Source: Chamaesiphon sp. (GTDB lineage: Bacteria; Cyanobacteriota; Cyanobacteriia; Cyanobacteriales; Chamaesiphonaceae). From it: 41,568 nt of DNA. A program made the position numbers and the translations under genes. Shown piece by piece: positions 18,686 to 29,025 of the stretch; position 1 is the stretch's first letter, and every line of letters begins with the position of its first letter. Location: NCBI GenBank assembly GCA_965246715.1, contig CBDFFH010000013.1, positions 1-41,568 of the forward strand. The letters are read 5' to 3'. The notes beneath the pieces are model-generated. The model saw nothing but the letters and a program-made list of their open reading frames with translations. It had not been told where the DNA came from and made no database searches.

Positions 18686-19378
18686 TTATAAAGGAAGTTT
18701 AGGAAATAAAGGAGCCAACCACAGTTGAAGTTCCACATCCCAACCGAGTAAAATCGCGATCGCCGTTCCAGCCATTAGTATCCCGCCAATTCGTTGAAAT
18801 GTAGTTGTATAAGGTAACAATCGCCGCGAAGAGTTGCTGATATGACGACTGCTATACGCGATCGTCAGCAGCGGAATTCCTGCCCCCAGTCCGTAAACAG
18901 TTAATAATGCCAACGCACCCAAAACCTCATGTTTGACGGCTGCTAGGACTAAAATACTGCCCAATGCTGGCCCCGCACAGGGTGTCCACAGTAGTCCCAA
19001 TTGCGTACCGATCCAGAATTCACGCCACAAGCCTGGAGCCTTTGGCTCCCAAGCTTTACCGAATTGCCAGTAGCTCATAAATCGGTAGCTCGATTCAGGA
19101 AAGATTGCCAGAACGCCAAGTCCGAATAATAAGCCCACCGCCACATTCCGTAAGATATTGGTAAAGCCGACAAACCAGGAACTCGCGACACCAAGCAAAC
19201 TACCAATTAGCGCAAAACCACTGACTAAACCCAATACCAACATCACAGGGCCGAGTCTGTGCGAGCTGAACGATCGACCTAATACTAATGGTATAACTGG
19301 CAGCACGCAGGGGGAGAGAATTGTTAACAATCCGCCACCGAGGGCGAAACCGAAGGTGAGTGGGGAAATTTCATTCAT
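18686..19378 (-). CDS. CcdA/DsbD-type transmembrane electron transporter
   Basis: LSPCVLP and WTPCAGP Cys motifs, 6 TM. Confidence 0.92.
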   Translation of the reverse strand: MNEISPLTFGFALGGGLLTILSPCVLPVIPLVLGRSFSSHRLGPVMLVLGLVSGFALIGSLLGVASSWFVGFTNILRNVAVGLLFGLGVLAIFPESSYRFMSYWQFGKAWEPKAPGLWREFWIGTQLGLLWTPCAGPALGSILVLAAVKHEVLGALALLTVYGLGAGIPLLTIAYSSRHISNSSRRLLPYTTTFQRIGGILMAGTAIAILLGWDVELQLWLAPLFPKLPL

Positions 19379-19974
19379 GCTGCCTGTCCCAACAATTGCC
19401 GAATCTTCGCCTCAGTTTCGTCATAAGCTCCCTCGCCAATACGATCGTATCGAATAATTCCTTGCCGATCTGCTAAAAATAAATGCGGCCAATATTCGTT
19501 TTTAAATGCTTTCCAAGTTTGAAAGTCATTATCGACACCTACAGGATAAGTAATCTCATGTTTGGCGATCGCGCGGCGAATATTTTTAATATCTCGCTCG
19601 AATGGAAATTCTGGGGTATGAATGCCAATTGTTTGCAATCCCTTAGCTGCATACTTTTTATGCCAGTTGGTAACGTAGGGTAATGTCCGTTGACAATTGA
19701 TACAACCTAGCGTCCAAATCTGGACTAAGACGACTTTGCCGAGTAAATCTTTGGTCGCTGGTGGTGATGAATTCAGCCATTCACTAATTCCTTGAAACTC
19801 TGGTAATCGATTCGCAGAGGTGGCGATTTCTCCAGGTGTGACAATTTGCTTAGGTTCTGTAGTAATAATTGAAGATGCCGATGACGATCGACTCGCACAG
19901 CTAGCTACTTGCCAGCCAAGTGTACCTAATCCCAGATAAGTTAACAATCTTCGACGTGGCAATGATAAAGGCAT
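19375..19974 (-). CDS. Exported thioredoxin-like protein (DipZ/TlpA-like)
   Basis: PRRRLL Tat motif plus VASC; WTLGCINC active site; IHTPEF; YWP. Confidence 0.9.
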   Translation of the reverse strand: MPLSLPRRRLLTYLGLGTLGWQVASCASRSSSASSIITTEPKQIVTPGEIATSANRLPEFQGISEWLNSSPPATKDLLGKVVLVQIWTLGCINCQRTLPYVTNWHKKYAAKGLQTIGIHTPEFPFERDIKNIRRAIAKHEITYPVGVDNDFQTWKAFKNEYWPHLFLADRQGIIRYDRIGEGAYDETEAKIRQLLGQAA

Positions 19975-20080
19975 ACTCTTGTTAATGGTGTTTGCAATTT
20001 ATATACAAATTAGAATGATGATTGGATTTGATGCTAGCTAGTAATTTAGTGTCTGAGTATTGTTAAAATAATTAACATTT

Positions 20081-21163
20081 TCAGATCCCTCTAAATCCCA
20101 TTTTTCCTTCTAGTTCTTGTTCTATCTCCATAGAGCTAACCCCGACAGTTTTGAGTCGGTCGGTACGCGCTTTAATCCCCACTCGACCTAAAAATAGACC
20201 TATTAAAATTACCATCCCGCCGATGTATTGAGCCTGAGTGGGAATTTCGCCCAAGATTAAATAAGCAGCTAAAATACCCACGATCGGCGCAAAAGAACCA
20301 ACCAGCGATGCAGTCGCGATCGATGAATTACGCAGCCCTGCATTCCAGCAAGATTGCCCGATGACGACGATAACCGTCCCATATAACAACATCCACTGCC
20401 AGAGAAATGGCGACAGTACGCCCATAAAATGGTCGAAACCATACATCCATAATGCCAAGCAGAAATAAACAATCGTCCCTAATCCGGTTCGTACGGTGTT
20501 ACTGATGCCTAATGGCACATTACCGAGGTACTTTTTGGCGACAATCGTGGCAATGGATAAACAGATCGCACCCGATACAGCCATTAATTCCCCCAATCCT
20601 ACCTGAAATCCAGCCACTGGAGTCATCTGAGATCGATCGGTTTGCAGGATGATTACCTCCGGTAGGCTATCCGCCAACGTTAGTACCACCCCAGTAACCG
20701 CGACGATCGATCCCAACACTTCCCAGCGATTGAGTCGAGCGTGTAATACCCAGATCGATAATGCCAGTGTCAATGGCGGTTCCAATCGACCGAGCAGTAA
20801 CACATTTGTGACAGGAGTTAAGGACAATGCTTGAAAAATTAAGCCGGGAGCCAGTGCGCCAGACAAAACCGCCACCATGACTAAACCAATCCATTCCCGC
20901 CCCGATATTTGCCGCCAAGCATTGCGGCTCCAGCGGTGGCGGTGGATCGCGATTAGCACCAGCAGCGCGCAAAGATTCCCTGTAAATAGGACATTACAGT
21001 AAGAAATCGGATTGTGACCACCGATGAAATGCTCGGCACCGATTTCAGTAATCTTCCGCGTGACGGCGCTGGCAGAGCCAAAGATCGGGATTGCCAACCA
21101 CAGATAGATGTATCCAGGGATGCGCGAGGTCAATTTTGTCAGTCGTTGGGGGAAAGCAGACAT
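20081..21163 (-). CDS. EamA/DMT-family transporter
   Basis: About 10 TM in two repeats; LLGE.P, ERL-like motifs. Confidence 0.85.
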   Translation of the reverse strand: MSAFPQRLTKLTSRIPGYIYLWLAIPIFGSASAVTRKITEIGAEHFIGGHNPISYCNVLFTGNLCALLVLIAIHRHRWSRNAWRQISGREWIGLVMVAVLSGALAPGLIFQALSLTPVTNVLLLGRLEPPLTLALSIWVLHARLNRWEVLGSIVAVTGVVLTLADSLPEVIILQTDRSQMTPVAGFQVGLGELMAVSGAICLSIATIVAKKYLGNVPLGISNTVRTGLGTIVYFCLALWMYGFDHFMGVLSPFLWQWMLLYGTVIVVIGQSCWNAGLRNSSIATASLVGSFAPIVGILAAYLILGEIPTQAQYIGGMVILIGLFLGRVGIKARTDRLKTVGVSSMEIEQELEGKMGFRGI

Positions 21164-21325
21164 CGTGAGTACGAGGGATAATGGCAGCCTGGGTTACAAA
21201 TATATCCAGATTCTAATCTCACAATCTGAGTTTCCCCTGAGAAAACGATTAATAATTTCGTAGCGAGATCGTTGGCTACGCCAACTGGCGTTAATAGTGT
21301 TGTCGCCCGTCCCGAAGACATACCT

Positions 21326-21443
21326 CTAACAACGGGTACTAATGCCAGTCAAAAAGTCTTTGGTACAAAAATTTCGGTCAGCAATCCAGACTTGCCCTGC
21401 TGTAACCGTTTCCAGCACGGATGGCAACAATGACCTCTGGGCC
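21326..21443 (-). pseudogene. IS4-like transposase fragment
   Basis: Translates QRSLLPSVLETVTAGQVWIADRNFCTKDFL (ADR.F catalytic-D motif); no ends seen. Confidence 0.6.
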
Positions 21444-21671
21444 GCTCATGCCCTGGCCGTGGCACTACTTCGACCCTGGGAGCGGCACCTTAAACCCGAT
21501 CCCGAAGCTCGCATTAGTCCTTCAAAAAAAGTCGGAAAATGGCATTAAATTGGATCGATCCAGTTTAATCAATCAGCAATTAGAATAAATTATAATTTTT
21601 ATTAATTATCCAATCTCAAATATCATAGAAAAAGTGTTGACTATCAAATAAATACAAAAAAAGGCACAAAA

Positions 21672-21860
21672 CTACCGGGGCAGAGTCGAAAGATTCATCA
21701 CTAGAAAAATGATTGCAATAGCTGTCTGAGAAGTTTCCGAAAGTTTAGTCATCACTCGATTGAGACTAAATCTTCGTTTAGCTTCTCCGAATTTACCTTC
21801 AATTCGGCTGCGAAACCTCTCATCCAACTGTGCTTGTTTTTTTGCTTCTTTCAATGCTGG
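21672..21860 (-). pseudogene. IS5-family transposase C-terminal remnant
   Basis: DERFRSRIEGKFGEAKRRFSLNRVMTKL..TS...I...FLVMNL. Confidence 0.75.
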
Positions 21861-21961
21861 TATAAACCGATCGATCTTGTCCGTATTTCCAAACATCCTC
21901 TAAGAGTACCCGCATAGGGCATCCCTACAAATCTTATCAACGAAATAGAAATACTCGCTCT

Positions 21962-22534
21962 TTACTTCGATCGTTCGCTATTAAACTCATTAAAACTGCG
22001 TTGCTTGAGATCGACTGATTCTGTTCTCGGAAGTAGATTGAAGACTTCACGGAATGTATCGTCTATTTTTTCAAATGAGATCTGACCTGTTTCATTCAGT
22101 CGCACCTTACCATCCTTATCGATAACTAATGTTTGAGGAACGACCCCTTGATAATAATAGCCTGGTTCGGTGTTGGCATATTCGCGATTTAGATCGAGAC
22201 TATCGACAGTTACAGGAATAATGCTAGCAGCTTTACCATAGGGTGCTTGGAGTTGAGAGATCGTAGACGAGTATTTCTTACAGTCGCTACTATCATCGAT
22301 ATAAAAGACAACCAAAGCTGGTTTTTTGGCTTTTAAAGAGTCTGCTAATGAAGTTTTAGCCGGAACTAGAGATCCATTGCCAGCATAGAGAACGAAGACA
22401 TTGCCATCGTACTTGTCATCCTCGATACCAGCTAAGGCTGGATGAGCTAATAATAACGAGCAGGCAAAGATTAAGATGGCTGTAGTTAACGATCGCCAGG
22501 TAAACTTTAAGCGATCGGATATTAGTTGAAACAT
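21962..22534 (-). CDS. Thylakoid thioredoxin-like protein (photosystem I accumulation factor family)
   Basis: Signal peptide; DD.YDGN.F.LYAGNGSLVP; FYIDDSSDCK; RSFNEFNSE. Confidence 0.8.
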   Translation of the reverse strand: MFQLISDRLKFTWRSLTTAILIFACSLLLAHPALAGIEDDKYDGNVFVLYAGNGSLVPAKTSLADSLKAKKPALVVFYIDDSSDCKKYSSTISQLQAPYGKAASIIPVTVDSLDLNREYANTEPGYYYQGVVPQTLVIDKDGKVRLNETGQISFEKIDDTFREVFNLLPRTESVDLKQRSFNEFNSERSK

Positions 22535-22627
22535 AGAGATTAGTTAATTATAGTTATTAAAATAGTGTCGATCGATGATACTGTCTCTAATGATAATGGT
22601 GAGCATCACCCACTCTACCACTAATTT

Positions 22628-23311
22628 CTACTTCACTGCTTCTAACATTCTAGAGAAGTAAAATGGTTTTTTAGTCAAGACTTTGCGCTCGATTTTGAAA
22701 CCTTGAGCTTCCAAAATTTTGATAATATCCGACTCTTTGTGCAGATAAGCACGAGTAGCTTTGCTGGCACCAGGAAAGAAACCACCAATCTTTTTGAGTA
22801 CACTTAAAACAGGAGTATTCGGTGCAAAACTGATAATTAGTCGCTCTGAAGCTAGCGATGCAAGATGAGAAATCATTTCCCCAGCTTTCTCTTGAGGATA
22901 ATGAATCAACACATCCAAGCAGACAACCGTGTGATAACTCCCACTGAGGCTTTCGAGATCTTGCACGGAAAAGGTGGGATTGTCATTATTGCCGAGCAGT
23001 TTAGCGGCAACCTCTTTCGCTTCCCCAACCATTTTCTCGGAAATATCACTCGCATTGACGATCGCTTTTGCCTGTGCCAACGGAATACTCAAGCTGCCAA
23101 CGCCACAGCCTGCATCGCAGATGGATAAACCTTCGAGGTTAGCATCCGCCTCCAACCACTCTAATAGAGTGTCAACGGTCTGCTGGTGCCCAATCCGGAT
23201 ATTGAACTGGACTTTATTTACTTCGCCATCACCATAGATCCGTTGCCATCGATCGAATCCCGTATTGTTAAAATATTCTTTGACTACTGCCTTATCATCG
23301 ATCGCGTTCAT
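22628..23311 (-). CDS. chlM: Magnesium protoporphyrin IX methyltransferase
   Basis: YFN.TGFDRW..IYG, ICDAGCGVGSL, CLDVLIHYP, SKATRAYLH. Confidence 0.96.
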   Translation of the reverse strand: MNAIDDKAVVKEYFNNTGFDRWQRIYGDGEVNKVQFNIRIGHQQTVDTLLEWLEADANLEGLSICDAGCGVGSLSIPLAQAKAIVNASDISEKMVGEAKEVAAKLLGNNDNPTFSVQDLESLSGSYHTVVCLDVLIHYPQEKAGEMISHLASLASERLIISFAPNTPVLSVLKKIGGFFPGASKATRAYLHKESDIIKILEAQGFKIERKVLTKKPFYFSRMLEAVK

Positions 23312-23705
23312 ACAAAAATATTTAGTAAAAAAAATAATCCTAACGGTAAATTACTATAGCAGGCGATCGGGGGTGGCGGGTAGCTCGCTGGAGATCGATC
23401 CAAATTCAGTCTAGAGTAGCTTTCGCTGAATCGATCGTTGTTGCATCTGTTGGCGACAATACCTGCTCTGTCTAATTAATGAACAACACCCATCTTACTT
23501 TTTTATGCCAGCGTCAAACTTAGTTGGGTAAATTTTAATTTTCCGCCGTCCGTAAATTCGGCTGTGGCAATTGCTAACTTTGAATTTCATGCCGTCTACG
23601 TCGATCGACTATGGGCACTCGGCTAAATCTGAGGTTAAACTGAACGGAACGCCTCTAGACTAGGGAAACCAATTAGACGGTAATAAGCTGAATTCAGCCA
23701 AATTA

Positions 23706-24722
23706 CAGCACTTCCGTTAGTCATGAGGTACGCCAAAAGATAGTAAAGATACATTCAATAATGAAAGCATTTTCAGTCGATCTTCGAGAAAAAATAGTTG
23801 CGGCACATCTCGATCGCCATCACTCAATTAGAGCGGTTGCTAGCATATTTACTGTTAGCAAAAGCTTTGTCCAAAAGCTAGTCAGACAACATAAGCTTGA
23901 AGGAAACTTACAGCCTAAAAAGCCAGGTAAACCACGATTAAGTTACCTGACAAATGCTGAAGTAGAGTTAAGAGAATTAGTTGCCGAACATCCCGATGCA
24001 ACTTTGGCTGAACTGTGTGAATTTTTCGCTGATAAAACTGGCAATTGGGTTGGTCGAAGTGCCATGAGTGACGCATTACGAAAATTAGGCTTAAGTCGTA
24101 AAAAAAAACGGAAAGGAGCACCCAAGCTACAACAGAAAGAGTCCTAAATTTGAGAGTAGATTATTGGGAATCGGTTAAAAATATCGACGTGAAAAACTTA
24201 GTGTTTTTAGATGAAACTGGTATTCTGCTTGGTTTAGCCAGAACTCATGCTCGGTCACAGCGGGGAACAAGAGCATATACTTTTACCCCATTCTATCGAG
24301 GTGCAAAAGTTACCGCTATCGGCGCAATTAGCATTGAAAAAGTTGTAGCATTGATGACAATGGATAATTCAATGGATAGTAGAGCTTTTGAATTATTTGT
24401 TAAGGATTTTCTAGTGCCGGAGCTATGGCCAGGTGCCGTTGTCGTAATGGATAATTTATCCTCACACAAATTCGATTCCATTATCCCAATGATTGAAGCT
24501 GTCGGTGCTTCTGTTATTTTCCTCTCCCCATACTCACCTGATTTTAACCCAATTGAGTTATGGTGGTCACAGCTCAAGTCTTTTTTACGAATGTTTTCAC
24601 CTACTACGACAATTATGGTGGATAGAATAATTTCACTTGCAATTGGGTTAATCGATCCTCAACATCTCAGAAATTGGTTTACTAATTGCTGCTATTGTAC
24701 CTCGTAACAACCGGAAGTGCCG
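23706..24722 (+). mobile_element. IS630-family insertion sequence (~1017 bp) with TA target duplication
   Basis: Imperfect 26-bp TIRs CAGCACTTCCGTTAGTCATGAGGTAC / GTACCTCGTAACAACCGGAAGTGCCG; TA on both sides. Confidence 0.93.
23761..24707 (+). CDS. IS630 transposase (two ORFs joined by a probable programmed frameshift at A9, 24100-24108)
   Basis: HTH ORF 23761-24147; DDE ORF with FLDET, MDNLSSH, YSPDFNPIE. Confidence 0.9.
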
Positions 24723-24723
24723 T

Positions 24724-25005
24724 ATGTTAATAAAAATTTACAAAGTACTTGCACTCTCGATCGTTTCCCTCGTATTCTCGGCACCAGCTTTCGCTACTGA
24801 CTTGAGTAACAAAGACAGCAAAAAATACGAAGTAAGAGTTGCCGATGTCGGCACGCTCAATACGAGTATCGACAGTAATACCACATCGGCAGGTATTTGT
24901 AGCCGCGCTTGTACGGTTACTGTGATCGGCGTTGGTAGTATCAAAATTACTGGTAAAGAAAAGGTAATTGTGATTAAGAATGGGCAATTAAGCCTGAAAA
25001 AATAA
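24724..25005 (+). CDS. Small secreted beta-rich protein with a Cys pair
   Basis: Signal peptide ending APAFA; C...C; start codon overlaps the IS630 TA target. Confidence 0.7.
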   Translation: MLIKIYKVLALSIVSLVFSAPAFATDLSNKDSKKYEVRVADVGTLNTSIDSNTTSAGICSRACTVTVIGVGSIKITGKEKVIVIKNGQLSLKK

Positions 25006-25986
25006 TGATTTCGATGTTGGCAAATATCCCAACCAATTAATTTTTCAAAAGCTTCAGATTGGGCAATCGATCTAAAATCCGGATTCTGTCGATCGAGAAG
25101 ATCGCAATCAGCCGAGCGACCCAATTATATTCAAAAACAAAAGCCCGTATCCCACATTCCGCTAGTCTAAGCGATCGAAAAATAATTAGAACGAAGCCAT
25201 CGGATCGTAACGATCGTATTCTCAATAAACCAAGACTATTGAGAATGTACTGTCGATCGCTAAAACCAGACCAAATCGCTAGAAAGGCTGCTCTGACAGG
25301 ATTGTGGGTCTTATTATTTTTTCAGGCAATCGAACTAGCGGAATGTGAGCCGTATTCTTTGCTAGTAAAAGAGTATGGGCTTTTAGGGTGTATTAAGGCG
25401 ATCGGATTGTCGATCTACAGCCACTTGCTACTTTGACTCAGTTGAAATACCTAACTATCGCGCATTCGTGGGACTGGGGCGACCAGCGATTGCCGATCCC
25501 GCTGCACCAGAATCGGCACGGACGATCCGAAATCGATCGCCGTATTGCTGTCGTAAGTCTCTCGCTATGGCTTGCAAAACTTCTGGATCGTCGTCAACGG
25601 TCAAAATTACAGGTTTAGCCATAAATGCAACTTAACTGAAGAATTGTGCGAGTGCGATGAGCTGGCCATCTGGATCGCGAACACAGGTGGCAATGCCAAG
25701 CCTGTTAGTTTTGCTGTAGGTTATTGCCCAGGATTGCCGCCGATCCTAACACCTCTTTTAAGATCGATGTGTTTTCATCCGATCGACCATGATGAGGCGA
25801 ACGTTATAGATATGCAAATGCGGCTGGGGTTTGTAGATGTAGTGCCACCGCTCGCTCGATCGAGCGAACATTATCTACTAATTTAACTGGTTTCGACATC
25901 GATCGATATTTTCGATCGGCATCACTGGAGCCATTGCATTTGAGATACAGTGATATCATCAATCCTGGAGCTTCTTTTGAGTGTCA

Positions 25987-28035
25987 ATGACCGATCGCTA
26001 TCAGCTTTCTAATTTTATCTGGCAGGTTGCCGACTTGCTGCGGGGGCCATATCGTCCGCCACAGTACGAGCGGGTGATGTTGCCGTTAGTTGTGTTGCGG
26101 CGATTTGATTGCGCTCTAGCTGCCACCAAGCCACAGGTGCTGCAAGCTTATAAGAAGTGGGAAGATAAGCCAGATGCGGTGCGCGATCCGATTTTGAATA
26201 AGATGGCGGGGTTGCGATTTCACAACCATTCAGAATTTAGTTTTGAGGGGACTCTAGATCTTGCTGGGCAACGAAAAGGGGGATTAAAAGGCGATCCAGA
26301 CAATATCGATAAGCATTTAATTAGTTATATTAATGGGTTTTCGCTCAATATTCGGGAGATCTTCGATCGCTTTGAATTTAGTGCCGAAATCGAAAAAATG
26401 CGCGAAGCAAATATCTTGTATATCGTAGTTTCTAAGTTTTGCGATATCGATCTGCATCCAGATACTTTGGATAACATCCAAATGGGATCGTTGTTTGAAG
26501 ACTTAATTAGGCGATTTAATGAGGCGGCAAATGAGACGGCAGGCGATCACTTTACGCCGCGCGAAGTGATTCAATTGATGGTGGATATTTTATTCGATCC
26601 AGATGATGATGTATTGACCAAACCAGTTATCTGTAAAATGCTCGATCCTACCTGTGGTACAGGTGGGATGTTGGCAGAGGCACAGAAGCATTTGTATGAA
26701 AATAATGCGAAAGCTCAGTTGTTTGTATTCGGGCAAGATTTTAATCCCCGTGCCTATGCGATGGCTGCTTCGGATTTATTGATGAAGGATAATAATCCCG
26801 AACGGATTCAGTTTGGTGATACTTTAATCGATGATAAATTTCCAGATGAAAAGTTCGATTATTTAATTGCGAATCCGCCCTTTGGTGTGGACTGGAAAAA
26901 GCAACAGCAATTTGTCAAGCGCGAACACGATCGCTATGGTTTTGCCGCTAGATTTGGAGCGGGATTGCCACGTGTAAATGATGGCTCATTGTTATTTTTA
27001 CAACACATGTTGAGCAAGTTTCAAGCCTACGTGCCGGAGGAAAAAAAGAATGGTTCGCGATTGGCGATTGTCTTTAATGGTTCGCCGTTATTTACAGGCG
27101 GTGCGGGCAGTGGCGAGAGTGAAATTCGCAAATGGGTAATCGAAAATGACTGGTTGGAAGCGATCGTCGCATTGCCAGAGCAGATGTTTTATAACACGGG
27201 CATCGGCACCTATATTTGGGTAGTAACCAATCGCAAACAACCCCATCGCCAGGGTAAGGTGCAATTAATTGACGGGCGAGAGCTATGGCAGCCGATGAGA
27301 CGCAGTTTGGGCGATAAACGGCGTTATATGGGCGAAACAGATTTAGGTACGGTGGTGCAGGAATATGGCACCTTTGGGGAAACAAAAATTAGTAAGATCT
27401 TCGACAATGAGGATTTTGGTTATCAACGGGTACCGATCGAACGTCCGTTGCGGTTATTGTATGAAATGACGCTCGATCGCAAGAGTGATTTTTTGGATCG
27501 CGTGCCTCATTTATTAGATGATATTCAAGCGATCGATAAACAATTAGGCAGATCGCCCCGTACCGATTGGAATGAGTTCGATCGATTGGTAAAAGATTTA
27601 TTGGCGCAAAGATCGAGTAAATGGAATGCAGCGGAGAAGAAGTTTTTTCGTGAGACATTTACAGTAATCGAGCCAGAAGCAGCAGCGGTAATCGCGAAGG
27701 AAAGGAAGGCGAAAAAAGAACCAAATGGGCGAATTTGGGGCTGGTTTCCGACGGTGGATGGAAAATGGGAGCGACTGTACGAGGCGGATACGAAGTTGCG
27801 AGATTATGAAAATGTGCAGTTAAAAGATGATGTAGCGCGATATTTTGTCGCAGATGTGGAACCCCACGTACCGGATGCTTGGGCAGATGGCGAGAAGATT
27901 CGCAGTGCCTATGAGATTAATTTTAATCGTTACTTTTATGAGTATACGCCACCCAGACCTTTAGCAGAGATTGATGCAGATCTCAAGGAGATGGAAGAAA
28001 CGATCGTTCGTCTGTTGCGGGAGGTGATTGGATGA
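25987..28035 (+). CDS. hsdM: Type I restriction-modification methyltransferase subunit
   Basis: AGDHFTPREV, DPTCGTGGML, NPPFG (N6-adenine), MFYNTGI.TY. Confidence 0.96.
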   Translation: MTDRYQLSNFIWQVADLLRGPYRPPQYERVMLPLVVLRRFDCALAATKPQVLQAYKKWEDKPDAVRDPILNKMAGLRFHNHSEFSFEGTLDLAGQRKGGLKGDPDNIDKHLISYINGFSLNIREIFDRFEFSAEIEKMREANILYIVVSKFCDIDLHPDTLDNIQMGSLFEDLIRRFNEAANETAGDHFTPREVIQLMVDILFDPDDDVLTKPVICKMLDPTCGTGGMLAEAQKHLYENNAKAQLFVFGQDFNPRAYAMAASDLLMKDNNPERIQFGDTLIDDKFPDEKFDYLIANPPFGVDWKKQQQFVKREHDRYGFAARFGAGLPRVNDGSLLFLQHMLSKFQAYVPEEKKNGSRLAIVFNGSPLFTGGAGSGESEIRKWVIENDWLEAIVALPEQMFYNTGIGTYIWVVTNRKQPHRQGKVQLIDGRELWQPMRRSLGDKRRYMGETDLGTVVQEYGTFGETKISKIFDNEDFGYQRVPIERPLRLLYEMTLDRKSDFLDRVPHLLDDIQAIDKQLGRSPRTDWNEFDRLVKDLLAQRSSKWNAAEKKFFRETFTVIEPEAAAVIAKERKAKKEPNGRIWGWFPTVDGKWERLYEADTKLRDYENVQLKDDVARYFVADVEPHVPDAWADGEKIRSAYEINFNRYFYEYTPPRPLAEIDADLKEMEETIVRLLREVIG

Positions 28036-29025
28036 CGATCGCTACTGAATATTCTCATACACCAGAAAGATTATTATGGAGAAGAATACCTAAAAATTGG
28101 AAGCTATTACCGTTAAAGTATTTGTGTAGCCAGTCAGCAATTTATGGAGCTAATATTTCTTCTGAAGCTTATGTTCAAGAAGGGATTAGATTTTTGAGAA
28201 CTACCGACATTAGAGATGATAGTAGTCTAGCAAATGAAGGAGTGTACCTTTCAAAGGAGAGTGCAAAAGATTATGGGAGCATCCCACTTTTTATTAGTTT
28301 TATGTAGATAAAGCGTATGTACTAGTATGGCGATCGAGAAATCTGGTGAAAATAGCAGCAGAGGGAGCATAATCTTGAGATAATGGGGTCAAGTAAACTA
28401 AGGTAGTGTAATGAGTCCAGAAGAGCAAAAAGAACTCGATCGACACACAAAAGCTATTGCCAAAATATTGTATAAAAATACACCAAAAGAAGAACTAACA
28501 AGCTTAGGAAAAATCGAAGAAGCGGTGAGAGCGAGAATGCAAGAGTATGTGATGCCATCCGTCGGAATTTTTTTATCGAAAATGTCACAGTCGAAACTGG
28601 AGGATATAAAAGACAGATCCAAAGCATAATTGGAGAATTAGCAATCACAAGCAAACAGGCAGCCAAGCTAAATATCAAAAGTCATACCCAAATCAGTCCG
28701 TATTTGGAAGCTTGTTGCTTGCGTATAAGTGCATCAATTTCTTACGAAAGGACAACAGAGGAAGTCAAATATTTAACTGGAGTGGAGATATCAAAAAGTG
28801 CCCAACAGAGGTTAATTCACAGACAAGAATTTGAATTGCCTCAAGCTGAGACACCCGTGGCAGAATTGAGTGTAGATGGGGGGAATATTCGAGTGAGAAC
28901 CCCAAAGGGAGAGGTGTGTAGCTGGAAAGGATACAAAGCAACAGTACTACATCAACAGCAAAAAATTGCATCATCATTTCAAGAAAATGAGACGATCGTT
29001 AATTGGGTAAATAGTCAAGAATTAG

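Noticed and set aside
25037..25886. Several short ORFs (25059, 25433, 25572)
   Set aside because: No recognisable motifs, overlapping frames and weak starts; 25572-25886 could be a remnant but cannot be supported
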